Shown: positions 19,515 through 28,553 of the stretch, piece after piece
Numbering within the stretch: position 1 is the stretch's first letter
Layout: each line of letters opens with the position of its first letter
NCBI GenBank assembly: GCA_011050655.1
Contig: DRFG01000092.1
Location: forward strand, 12,053-76,052
Origin: Roseobacter sp.
GTDB lineage: Bacteria; Pseudomonadota; Alphaproteobacteria; Rhodobacterales; Rhodobacteraceae
Reading direction: 5' to 3'
Length of the DNA stretch: 64,000 bases
Program-made: the position numbers and the translations under genes
The notes under the pieces: model-generated
What the model was told of the DNA's origin: nothing
Databases searched by the model: none
The model's input: the letters and a program-made list of their open reading frames with translations, nothing else

Positions 19515-20675
19515 TTAATAGGACCGGGGCAAACCCATGACTTTGTTGCCAATATAGCTAAGGCACAATTCCCTGTTCACCGGGGCGGTGCGCAACAGGC
19601 GCATCATCGGATACATCTCGTAGATGCCGGTGTCTTCGGTGAAACCCGACCCGCCATGCGCCTGCAACGCGGCATCCACCGCCTCGATCCCGGCCTCGGC
19701 GGCGGCGTATTTCGCCATGTTCGATGATTCCCCCGCGGGCAGTTTGTGGTCAAATTCCCAAGCCGCACGCCGGGTCATCAAGCTGGCCATTTCGACATTG
19801 GTATAGGCCTTGGCCAGCGGATGCTGCACACCTTGGTGCGCGCCGATCGGCTGGTCGAACACGTTGCGTTCACTGGCATAAGTCACTGCCTTGTTGAGCG
19901 CAAAGCGACCGATACCACAGCACAAGGCACCCAGTACGATCCGTTCGGGGTTGAGCGAATCAAACAGGATATTGAACCCCTCGTCGACGTGACCCACCAC
20001 ATCCTCGGGGCCAAGGTCCACATCGTCAAAGAACAGGGTCCACTGTTCCTCGGGCAACGGGATTGAAATGCGTACCCGTTGCATGTCGACGCCCTTTTTC
20101 TTCAGATCGACTGCAAATAGCGTAAAGCCATCGGTCTTGCGGGCCACCTGATCGAGCGGTGTGGTGCGCGCCACAACAAGGCAGTAGTCCGACACATCCG
20201 CGCCAGTGATGAAGGTCTTTTCGCCAGACAGAGAAAACCGGTTGCCGTTGCGCTTAGCCATCGTCTTGGTTTTCATTGAGTTCGATCCGGCACCGGGTTC
20301 GGTGATTGCAAAACAAAACTGGATGTCACCCTTGCAAGCGGCTGGAAGCAGCTCTTTTTTGTGGAATTCGGTTCCGTGTGTCGCCAGATGCGCCATCGAC
20401 ATCGTCGGCCCAACCACCATCATCAGCAGCGGGATGCCATGGTTAGCTGTGCCCTCCATGAACAATGCCATTTCGGTCATGCCCAGCCCGGCACCACCAT
20501 ATTCCTCGGGCACCATGATGCCCAGAAAGCCGTCATCGGCGATCTGTTGAAACATCTCTTTGGGAAACTCATGGCGGCGCGCGTGTTCCAGCCAATAGGT
20601 ATTGTCGTAACTTTGCGCCAACTGGCCACCATATTCATAAATCTGGCGCTGTTCGTCGTTCAGGTTGAAATCCAT
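19515..20675 (-). CDS. Acyl-CoA dehydrogenase
   Basis: FCFAITEPGAGSN, GEKTFIT, ERNVFDQPIGAHQGVQHPLA, QAHGGSGF. Confidence 0.92.
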   Translation of the reverse strand: MDFNLNDEQRQIYEYGGQLAQSYDNTYWLEHARRHEFPKEMFQQIADDGFLGIMVPEEYGGAGLGMTEMALFMEGTANHGIPLLMMVVGPTMSMAHLATHGTEFHKKELLPAACKGDIQFCFAITEPGAGSNSMKTKTMAKRNGNRFSLSGEKTFITGADVSDYCLVVARTTPLDQVARKTDGFTLFAVDLKKKGVDMQRVRISIPLPEEQWTLFFDDVDLGPEDVVGHVDEGFNILFDSLNPERIVLGALCCGIGRFALNKAVTYASERNVFDQPIGAHQGVQHPLAKAYTNVEMASLMTRRAAWEFDHKLPAGESSNMAKYAAAEAGIEAVDAALQAHGGSGFTEDTGIYEMYPMMRLLRTAPVNRELCLSYIGNKVMGLPRSY

Positions 20676-20691
20676 TGTTCAGATCTCCGGT

Positions 20692-21471
20692 CTATTGTTT
20701 GAAATCAGGCGTGCGGCGGCTTTCGAAGGCGTCCAAACCTTCGGCCACATCCGCACTAGGCAGGGCGCGCACTGCAGCGTCACGTTCCAGTCGCATCTGC
20801 TGATCAACCGTCATGTCTGCGCCTTCGCGCGCCAGCCGTTTCATTTCGGCTATGCCGGGCCGTGATCGGGTTGCGATGGTCTGGCAATATTCCTGCGCCG
20901 CTATGTGCAGATCACTGTCCGGCACGATGTAGTTGATCAGACCCGCGTCTTTCGCGTCACCCGCCCCCAGCCAGCGGGCCGAAAACATCAGGTCCAATGC
21001 GCGGCGTTGCCCCATCAACCGGGTCAGCCTCTGGCTGCCGCCCCAACCGGGGATCAGCCCGAACTGGGCGTGCTGGTCGCCGAACTGGGCGGTTTCAGCG
21101 GCAAAACAGACATCCGCCGCCAGCATCAATTCGATCCCACCTGCAAGGCACAAACCTTGAACCGCGACGATGACGGGTAGGGGGCATTGCTCCAGCTTGC
21201 GCAGGTTGTCCATACCAAAGCCGATGAAATGGTCCAGCGCGACTGGATCGTATAACTTTTCCTTGACCTCGGTCAGATCGGCACCGGTGCAGAAATGCTT
21301 GCCCTGTGCGCGAATCAAAATGGCGCGTACCTCGCGGTTGGCCTCGAATTCGGCGCGGGCGGCAGCGATGCCCTCGTGCACCTCCAACGACAGGCAGTTG
21401 AACTTTTCCGGACGGCTCAACTCGATGATGCCGACATTTCCTTCAATTCTAGCAGTTACCGGAGTGCTCAT
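20692..21471 (-). CDS. Enoyl-CoA hydratase/isomerase
   Basis: HFCTGADL, LAGGIELMLAAD, FGLIPGWGGSQRL. The second canonical Glu position reads DQH. Confidence 0.88.
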   Translation of the reverse strand: MSTPVTARIEGNVGIIELSRPEKFNCLSLEVHEGIAAARAEFEANREVRAILIRAQGKHFCTGADLTEVKEKLYDPVALDHFIGFGMDNLRKLEQCPLPVIVAVQGLCLAGGIELMLAADVCFAAETAQFGDQHAQFGLIPGWGGSQRLTRLMGQRRALDLMFSARWLGAGDAKDAGLINYIVPDSDLHIAAQEYCQTIATRSRPGIAEMKRLAREGADMTVDQQMRLERDAAVRALPSADVAEGLDAFESRRTPDFKQ

Positions 21472-22649
21472 TTCGCCGCCCCTTTGGATTTGTTGTCGTA
21501 TTGCAGCGCAACCCGGCCGACTTTTTCACGCGCGATCACCAGTTTCTGGATCTGCGCGGTGCCGTCGCCGATCTGCAGGCCAAGCACATCGTTGTAGCGC
21601 TGGTGATGCGGCAGGTCGGTGGTGTAGCCATAATGCCCGTGCAGGATCAGGCATTGATGGATGATCTCGCAGCAAGTCTTGGGAAGATACCATTTGCACA
21701 TCGCGGCTTCGGATGTGTGTGGCAGGTTCTGGTCCCGCAGATTCAGCGTATAATAGCAAAGCTGGCGCATCATCGTCAGCTGGGTTTCGGCTTCGGTCAG
21801 CGGAAAGCTGACGCCCTGATACTGTACCAGCGGCGCGCCAAAAGCCTCGCGGTCTTGCACGTAGGCCCAAGTTTCATCAACGGATGCCTGCGCCGCACCC
21901 AGACATTCCAGTCCAATCAGTGCACGGCTGAAATCAAATCCGGCCATGATCGAGCCAAAGGCGCGGTCTTGTTCGGCCATCATGTTTTCGGCGGGCACAT
22001 ATACATCATCGAAAAACACCGATCCCCGCCCGACAGGTTTGGTTCCGATATCGTCGAAATGGGTACGGCTGATGCCCTTTTCGGTCAGGTCTACGAAGAA
22101 GGCACTGACGCCTCTAGATCCGCCCTCGGGGTTGCTAGTGCGGGCAAAAACTACGGCTGCATCGGCCTGATCGGCAAAGCTCATCGAGGTTTTTTCACCG
22201 CTCAGACGCCAGCCGTTGCCAAATTTTTCGGCCTTGAGCTGCAGGTTGGCGGCATCCGAACCTCCACGCGGTTCTGTCAGACCCAACCCGATGACCACAT
22301 CACCCGAGATGACTTTTGGCACCCATTCCGCCGCGATTTCAGACGAGGCATGCTTAGCGACCATGCCGCCCATAAGAGACCCAAGAAGCTGAATGTAGCT
22401 GGCGTTGAAATCAGCATAGGCGATCTCTTCGACAATCAGTCCGGCGGTGACGGACTCCAGGCCCAACCCGCCATATTCCTCGGGCAGGTCAGGGGCAATC
22501 AGGCCAAGCGCGCCCATTTCACGGATCAGTTCCCGATCAAACGTATGGCCCGAGGCCCGTTTCTGATAGCCAGGGGCCAATTTATCACGCGCAAACCGTG
22601 CGGCGAGATCGCGAAAGGTTTTTTGATCTTCTGTTGGCTGAAACTGCAT
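21468..22649 (-). CDS. aliB: Cyclohexanecarboxyl-CoA dehydrogenase-like ACAD
   Basis: LTEPRGGSDAANL, SGEKTSMSFADQAD, GRGSVFFD, GFDFSRALIGL, VLGLQIGDGTAQI, recognised as the AliB subfamily. Start trimmed to MQFQP. Confidence 0.75.
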   Translation of the reverse strand: MQFQPTEDQKTFRDLAARFARDKLAPGYQKRASGHTFDRELIREMGALGLIAPDLPEEYGGLGLESVTAGLIVEEIAYADFNASYIQLLGSLMGGMVAKHASSEIAAEWVPKVISGDVVIGLGLTEPRGGSDAANLQLKAEKFGNGWRLSGEKTSMSFADQADAAVVFARTSNPEGGSRGVSAFFVDLTEKGISRTHFDDIGTKPVGRGSVFFDDVYVPAENMMAEQDRAFGSIMAGFDFSRALIGLECLGAAQASVDETWAYVQDREAFGAPLVQYQGVSFPLTEAETQLTMMRQLCYYTLNLRDQNLPHTSEAAMCKWYLPKTCCEIIHQCLILHGHYGYTTDLPHHQRYNDVLGLQIGDGTAQIQKLVIAREKVGRVALQYDNKSKGAAK

Positions 22650-22692
22650 TCCTAAATTTCCTCCCAGAGTGTCGGATTCTATCTTTTCATAA

Positions 22693-22721
22693 AACCTAAC
22701 AAATGTTAGAAAGTGAGGCAA
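22693..22721 (-). promoter_or_regulatory. Promoter for the aliB operon with operator palindrome, in the divergent aliB/fadH gap
   Basis: On the minus strand: TTGCCT, 17 bp, TAGGTT. CTAACAAATGTTAG at 22696-22709. Confidence 0.65.
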
Positions 22722-22740
22722 GCCGTAAAGGGAGATCTCC

Positions 22741-24780
22741 ATGAATCAGAACCAAAAGAGAACGAGCGCATTCGATAATTTGCTGTCGCCGCTTCGCGTT
22801 GGGGCATTTGAATTGCGCAACCGCGTTATCATGGGCTCGATGCACACGCGGCTTGAATCCGGGCCCGATCCAATTACCAGGCAGGCCGCGTTTTACGCCG
22901 AACGCGCGCGTGGCGAGGTTGCGCTGGTTATCACTGGAGGGTTCTCCCCAAATAGCGAGGGGTTGCTGGAGCCAGGCGGTCCCCGTATGGACGATGCCGT
23001 CGAAACTGCCACGCTGCGGCCCATCTGTGATGCGGTCCACACAGAGGGCGCACTGATCTGCGCCCAACTTCTGCATGCGGGGCGGTACGCCAAGGTCGAA
23101 AACTGCGTCGCACCGTCGCCGATCCGCTCCCCGATCAATAAATTTGTTCCCCGTGAACTTACCCATGAAGACATCGTTCGCACGATCAATAATTTTGTCA
23201 CCGCCGCTGCCAATGCGCAGGCCGCCGGTTTCGACGGGGTCGAGGTGATGGGATCCGAAGGCTATCTGCTGAACGAATTTACGGTGCCCCATACCAACAA
23301 GCGCACCGATGACTGGGGTGGCAGTGTCGAAAACCGCCATCGCTTGCCGGTAGAGGTCGTGCGCGCCGTGCGCGATCACTGCGGCCCGGATTTCATGATT
23401 ATCTACCGGATTTCTGCTGCGGATCTTATTGAAAACGGTGCCCCTGCCGAAGAAATCGCGTTGCTGGCCCAGAAAGTCGAGGCTGCAGGCGCCGATATGC
23501 TGAACACCGGTATCGGCTGGCATGAGGCGCGCGTGCCGACCATCGCATATCCTGTGCCCCGCGGAGCGTGGCGTCAGGCAGCTGCGAATGTGAAGCGCGC
23601 GGTGTCGATCCCCGTCGTGGCTTCGAACCGGATCAACACGCCTGAACTGGCCGAGGACATTATCGCCAGCGGCGATGCGGATCTGATTTCGATGGCGCGC
23701 CCTATGCTCGCCGACCCGCATTTCGTCCGCAAGACTCGACAAGGGCGCACGGATGAGATCAACACCTGCATCGCCTGTAATCAGGCCTGTCTTGACTATA
23801 TATTTTCGGAACGTGTGGCAGGATGTCTGGTGAACCCGCGCGCCGGGCGCGAAACTGAATTCCACGACAATGTGGCGACCGTGCCCAAAAAGATCGCCGT
23901 GGTCGGGGGCGGAGCGGCTGGCTTGGCCAGCGCGGCCGAGGCCGGACGGTTGGGTCACGACGTAACCCTATTTGAGGCCACCGACACATTGGGTGGGCAA
24001 CTGAATCTGGCACGCGCCGCCCCCGGCAAAGACGAATTTGACGAAACGCTGCGCTATTTCCGGGCGCAATTGCACAAACACGGTGTGGTCGTGAAACTGG
24101 GCACAGCTGCTTCAGCCACGGATCTGGGCGGCTTTGACCATGTGGTGATCGCCACTGGTGTGACGCCGCGATTTCCGGATGTGCCGGGTATCGACCATCC
24201 CAAGGTGGCGACTTATGCGCAGATCCTGTCAGGCGAACGCCGCGCGGGTGCGCGGGTTGCGGTGATGGGAGCAGGCGGTATCGGCTTTGACGTGGCAGAG
24301 TTCTTGGTCACGGCACCGGCCGAAACAGAACAAAGCGCCGTGTTCTTTAGTGTTTGGGGCGTGGATGGAAAATTCACCCGGCCCGGGGCGCTGAGTGGCG
24401 ATCCGCTGGCTCCGGTTCCTGGCACACGTGCAGTGACCGTGCTGCAACGCAAACCCAGTAAACCGGGCAAGGCTTTGGGCGTGTCCACGGGGTGGATATT
24501 GCGCAACGCCTTACGCAAACGCGGGGTCAAGATGCTGACCGGTGTCAGCTATGACCGGATTGACGATACCGGACTACACATCACGCTGGATGGCGCGCCA
24601 ATGAGCGTCGAGGCCGACACGATTGTTCTGTGCACCGGGCAGGAGCCGGTGCGCGCGCTATATCAGGCGCTGACGGATCAGGGCGTTGTTGCCACCATGA
24701 TTGGCGGCGCGAAAGAGGCCTCCGAGCTGGATGCGCTGCGCGCCATCGACGAAGGGGTCAGGCTGGTGCAGACCTTCTGA
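22741..24780 (+). CDS. fadH: NADPH-dependent 2,4-dienoyl-CoA reductase
   Basis: MGSMHT, QLLHAGRY, GSEGYLLNEF, IGWHEARVPT, 4Fe-4S motif CIACNQAC...CLVNP, FAD motif GGGAAG. Confidence 0.88.
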   Translation: MNQNQKRTSAFDNLLSPLRVGAFELRNRVIMGSMHTRLESGPDPITRQAAFYAERARGEVALVITGGFSPNSEGLLEPGGPRMDDAVETATLRPICDAVHTEGALICAQLLHAGRYAKVENCVAPSPIRSPINKFVPRELTHEDIVRTINNFVTAAANAQAAGFDGVEVMGSEGYLLNEFTVPHTNKRTDDWGGSVENRHRLPVEVVRAVRDHCGPDFMIIYRISAADLIENGAPAEEIALLAQKVEAAGADMLNTGIGWHEARVPTIAYPVPRGAWRQAAANVKRAVSIPVVASNRINTPELAEDIIASGDADLISMARPMLADPHFVRKTRQGRTDEINTCIACNQACLDYIFSERVAGCLVNPRAGRETEFHDNVATVPKKIAVVGGGAAGLASAAEAGRLGHDVTLFEATDTLGGQLNLARAAPGKDEFDETLRYFRAQLHKHGVVVKLGTAASATDLGGFDHVVIATGVTPRFPDVPGIDHPKVATYAQILSGERRAGARVAVMGAGGIGFDVAEFLVTAPAETEQSAVFFSVWGVDGKFTRPGALSGDPLAPVPGTRAVTVLQRKPSKPGKALGVSTGWILRNALRKRGVKMLTGVSYDRIDDTGLHITLDGAPMSVEADTIVLCTGQEPVRALYQALTDQGVVATMIGGAKEASELDALRAIDEGVRLVQTF

Positions 24781-24798
24781 TCCGCCTGATTGATGAAT

Positions 24799-25653
24799 TC
24801 ACCGGCCAAACGCGGCTGCGTTCTCGGTGATGAAACCCGCGAACCGGCGGGCAGGGCGGCCCAGAACGTCCTGCACCGTGGTTTCGGTGCCAGACAGATA
24901 TCCTTTCGGGGCAAGTCCGGCCAGTTCTATCATCGCATCGGCGACCTCTGCGACCATGCCGGATGTTATCATATTGGCGCGCGCCTCGTCGGGGCCAACG
25001 GCGCGGCGAGTGATGTCGCGGCCAAGCGTTTGCGTCAGCAGCGCCGCAATATCGTCGCCGCTCAGTGCCTCGTCGCCGGTCAGCCCATAGGCTTTGCCAA
25101 GATGCCCCTCGCCGGTCAAAGCTTCGGTTGACACATCGGCGATGTCGCGGGCATCGACCCAGGAAACGGGTCCGCCCACATCGTCGAGGTAAGTGTTTCC
25201 ATTGGCGATGCTATCGGACTGCCACAGCAGATTCTGCACGAAATAGGTCGGTTGGATCAACGTCCAGCCCATGCCGCTTTCCTTCAGCAACTCCTGGCTG
25301 GCCGAATGCCAGATGCCAAAGGTCAGCCGGGCCTTGGGCGAGGCCCCGAGCCCGGTCGACATGACCATATGCTGCACACCTGCGTCTGCTGTAGCGTGGA
25401 CCACATTGGCCTTCCAGCGCCCCATTTCCTGATGTGCGGGCGTGACAAGGAACGCCTTTTGCGCCCCCTTGCAGGCCCGCGCCAGCGCGGCAGGGTCGTC
25501 GAAATCAGCCACCATGGCCTCGCAACCCTGCGCCTTGAGCGCCGCAATCCGCGAGGCATCGCTGGTCACGGCGCGCAGGGCGATGCCTTTGTCCGAAAGC
25601 GAAGAAATAAGGTGTGTGCCAATCGTGCCAGTGGCACCGAAAATAACGATCAT
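24799..25653 (-). CDS. NmrA-like NAD(P)H-binding protein (atypical SDR)
   Basis: VIFGATGTIG, WTLIQPTYFVQN, VSWVDARDIA. Start trimmed to MIVIF, overlapping the ligase stop. Confidence 0.85.
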   Translation of the reverse strand: MIVIFGATGTIGTHLISSLSDKGIALRAVTSDASRIAALKAQGCEAMVADFDDPAALARACKGAQKAFLVTPAHQEMGRWKANVVHATADAGVQHMVMSTGLGASPKARLTFGIWHSASQELLKESGMGWTLIQPTYFVQNLLWQSDSIANGNTYLDDVGGPVSWVDARDIADVSTEALTGEGHLGKAYGLTGDEALSGDDIAALLTQTLGRDITRRAVGPDEARANMITSGMVAEVADAMIELAGLAPKGYLSGTETTVQDVLGRPARRFAGFITENAAAFGR

Positions 25654-27587
25654 GTCTGTTTTCCTTGCAATGCTTCGATTGGGGCGATGGTTTCCGGGTT
25701 CTGCACGGACGACAGATCGCCCGGATCCTCGCCCAGAAATGCTGCCCGCACGATGCGGCGCATGGTTTTCATCGTCCGGGTCTTTGGCAGGGCTTCGACG
25801 AAATGAATTTCGCGCGGGCGGAACGGTTTTGAGACCGCTGTGCCCACTGCGTCTTTTAGAAAGTCGACCAATGCCGCGTCGGGGGTCACGCCGGGGGCTG
25901 CGACGCAGACAACGACAACGGCGACACCTTTCAACGCATCTGGCGCAGCGATGGCGGCGGCGTCGATGACTTTGCCGGTCAGGGTCATGGCCGCCTCGAT
26001 CTCGGGCGGACCGATGCGTTTGCCGGCGATGTTCAGAGTGTCGTCGGATCGGCCCAGAATATACCATGTGCCATCAGCATCATGACGCACCCAGTCGCCG
26101 TGGCACCAGACGCCGGGGAAGGTGGACCAGTAGGTTTCCAGATACCGCGCCTTGTCCTGCCAGATTGTCGGCGTCAGCCCCATGGGTGGTTGGGCCACCA
26201 CCAACTCACCGACCTCGCCCAAATCAGCCTCTGACCCATCCGGGCGCAGAACCTTGGCGCCAACCCCCAACGCTTGCGTCGAGAACCCGCCCGGCGATAG
26301 CCGGTGCAACACCGTTGAGGTCAGGATCGCGCCAAACAGTTCGGTGCCGCCGGAAATATTCAGCGGGGCTGCGCGATGGCGGCATATATGCGCCAGTTGC
26401 CATAGCCAGGCATCGTCGGTCCAGGGCTCTCCGGTTGATCCGACGATGCGCAGTGGCGACAGATCGTATCCGGCCAACGGGGCAGGGTCCTGTACCATAA
26501 ACTGACGCACCAGCGTGGGCGCCACGCCCATGTGGGTCACCTTCGTTTCGGCGGCAACGCGCAGCAAGCGAAACGGGTCGTCTGGCGTTGACGGGGCACC
26601 TTCGGCAAGCACCAGCGTGGCACCGGCCAGAAGAACCGAAATCAGGGTCAGCGGCCCCATGACCCAGCCCATATCCGTCATCCACAGATGCCGGTCATCG
26701 CGCTGAAGGTCGAGACACAGAAGGAAGTCAGTCGTTGCTTTGGCCTGAACTCCCAGATGCGTGTGTACCACACCTTTGGGCCGGCCGGTTGTGCCCGAAG
26801 TATAGGCGATCATCAAGGGACCTGCGGCGTCTACGGGAGCGGCGGGGAAGGTCGGATCGGCCGCTGCGATAGTGTCATGCCAGTCCAGATCGCGGGCCGG
26901 ATCGGCGGATGTTCCCCCGAATCGGCGCAGGCTGATGACCGTTTGCACCAACGGAAGATCGTCTATCGCACTGACCAGTGTCCGCTCCATCGCCACCGGC
27001 TTGCCCCGGCGCGGTGACGCATCAACTGTCAGCACAGCCCGGGCGTTGCTGTCGTTCAGCCGTGCGGTGATTGCGGGAGCGGAGAAACCGGAAAACAACG
27101 GCACAGCGATGGCTCCCAACCGGGCAATGCCCAGAAACGCGGCCGCAATTTCAGGGATCATCGGCATATAGATGCCAACCGCATCGCCCGCGCCGATGCC
27201 CCGGGCGGCCAGAGCGCCGGCGACACGGGCGCTCTGCTCGGCCAGATCGTTGTAGGTCCAGCTGCGGGTGGTCCCGTCTTCTGCCACCCAGTCAATAGCG
27301 GTCTTGCCGCCAAGTCCAAGGTCAATTCGCGCGTCGAGACATGTTTGCGTCAGGTTGAGCGTGGCACCGGTGGCCCAGCGGATATTCTCGGGGCCGCCGG
27401 TGAAGTCACGCAGTGTATGAAAGGGATGCGAGAACCGGATACCGGCAAGATCAATAATCTTAGACCAAAACCAATCGGGGTCGGCGTTGGACCGTTCAAG
27501 CAGGTCTTCGTATGTATCCGCGCCACAATGGTTCAGAAAACCGGCAAGATTGCTGTTTTTACGGATATCATCGGCGGGATCAAACAT
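25650..27587 (-). CDS. Acetyl-CoA-synthetase-like acyl-CoA ligase
   Basis: AYTSGTTGRPKG, WMTDMGW, GSTGEPW, HGDW, GRSDDTLNIAGKRIG, LPKTRTMKTMRR. Confidence 0.9.
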   Translation of the reverse strand: MFDPADDIRKNSNLAGFLNHCGADTYEDLLERSNADPDWFWSKIIDLAGIRFSHPFHTLRDFTGGPENIRWATGATLNLTQTCLDARIDLGLGGKTAIDWVAEDGTTRSWTYNDLAEQSARVAGALAARGIGAGDAVGIYMPMIPEIAAAFLGIARLGAIAVPLFSGFSAPAITARLNDSNARAVLTVDASPRRGKPVAMERTLVSAIDDLPLVQTVISLRRFGGTSADPARDLDWHDTIAAADPTFPAAPVDAAGPLMIAYTSGTTGRPKGVVHTHLGVQAKATTDFLLCLDLQRDDRHLWMTDMGWVMGPLTLISVLLAGATLVLAEGAPSTPDDPFRLLRVAAETKVTHMGVAPTLVRQFMVQDPAPLAGYDLSPLRIVGSTGEPWTDDAWLWQLAHICRHRAAPLNISGGTELFGAILTSTVLHRLSPGGFSTQALGVGAKVLRPDGSEADLGEVGELVVAQPPMGLTPTIWQDKARYLETYWSTFPGVWCHGDWVRHDADGTWYILGRSDDTLNIAGKRIGPPEIEAAMTLTGKVIDAAAIAAPDALKGVAVVVVCVAAPGVTPDAALVDFLKDAVGTAVSKPFRPREIHFVEALPKTRTMKTMRRIVRAAFLGEDPGDLSSVQNPETIAPIEALQGKQT

Positions 27588-27600
27588 GTCGGACCTTGTG

Positions 27601-27625
27601 AAAAAGGCCGCGCCGTAGCGCGGCC
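27601..27625 (-). terminator. Intrinsic terminator-like hairpin between badH and the ligase gene
   Basis: Minus strand GGCCGCGC-UACG-GCGCGGCC-UUUUU: 8-bp GC stem, C(UNCG)G tetraloop and U tract. Confidence 0.7.
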
Positions 27626-27685
27626 AGTTGAGGAGGTAGTTCTTTTATTTACCTTCCAGGGGGCGCACGCGCCCGACTAAAATGC

Positions 27686-28447
27686 CTAGCCGTGCATGGA
27701 CAAGCCGCCCGACACGGAAATGACCTGACCTGTGATGAACCCAGCGTCCTCCGACGCTAGGAAGCAGACAATCCCAGGGTAATCTTCGGGCTGGCCAAGT
27801 CGCTTCATCGGAATGGCGCGTTTCAAGCCTTCGGCAATCTTTACGCCGGCTTCGCCTTCGGCAAAGCTTGCAAACAACGCTGTGTCAGTCGGCCCTGGAG
27901 ATACGGTGTTCACCTGCACACCTTTGCGGGCCAGTTCGCGTGCGACTGTTTTCGAAAAAGAGATGATTCCGCCCTTGCAAGCCGAATAAACCGCTTCCCC
28001 GGACGATCCGACACGCCCGGCATCCGAAGCAATGTTGACCACGCGACCGCCCCCATTCTTAACCATTCCGGGCAGTACCGCGTGATGCATATGCAGCGGC
28101 CCATAAAGGTTTATTGCAATGATCTTGTCCCAGAGCGCGACATCGGTATCGAGGAACGGCTTTGCGACATCCCAGCCCGCATTGTTGACCAGAACATCGA
28201 TAGGCCCGCCCGCTTCGAATGCAGTTACAGCGCTATCGACTGCGGCGCGATCCGCGATATCAACCGTGTAGGCGCTGGCCTTCCCACCATTTGCCTCAAT
28301 AAGCGATACGGTTTCGGCCGCGCCGTCCGCATTGAGGTCAAACACCGCAACTTCGGACCCTTCTTCGGCGAAACGTTTGCACACTTCGCGTCCAATCCCA
28401 CTGCCACCACCTGTGACGATCACTCTTTTACCTTGCAGTCCACGCAT
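27686..28447 (-). CDS. badH: 2-hydroxycyclohexanecarboxyl-CoA dehydrogenase-like SDR
   Basis: VTGGGSGIG, NNAGWD, LHMHHAVLPGM, VNIASDAGRVGSSGEAVYSACKGG, CPGPTDT-like SPGPTDT, GQVISVSGGLSMHG; matches BadH as recalled. Confidence 0.78.
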   Translation of the reverse strand: MRGLQGKRVIVTGGGSGIGREVCKRFAEEGSEVAVFDLNADGAAETVSLIEANGGKASAYTVDIADRAAVDSAVTAFEAGGPIDVLVNNAGWDVAKPFLDTDVALWDKIIAINLYGPLHMHHAVLPGMVKNGGGRVVNIASDAGRVGSSGEAVYSACKGGIISFSKTVARELARKGVQVNTVSPGPTDTALFASFAEGEAGVKIAEGLKRAIPMKRLGQPEDYPGIVCFLASEDAGFITGQVISVSGGLSMHG

Positions 28448-28497
28448 CCTGTAACTCCTCTTGGGCCCTTGCTGTTTAGTCGCGCACGGGCTAAAAT

Positions 28498-28511
28498 CTA
28501 ACATCTGTTTG
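28498..28511. promoter_or_regulatory. Degenerate operator copy in the divergent badH/tandem-TetR gap
   Basis: CTAAC-ATCT-GTTTG, one arm mismatch to CTAAC-N4-GTTAG. Confidence 0.5.
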
Positions 28512-28553
28512 AATTTATCTGCTTGATATCGGTGTGTCCAGAGGTATTTACCC

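Noticed and set aside
24799-26067. 422-aa version of the NmrA-like ORF
   Set aside because: The first 138 codons overlap the ligase gene out of frame; the Rossmann motif begins at 25653.
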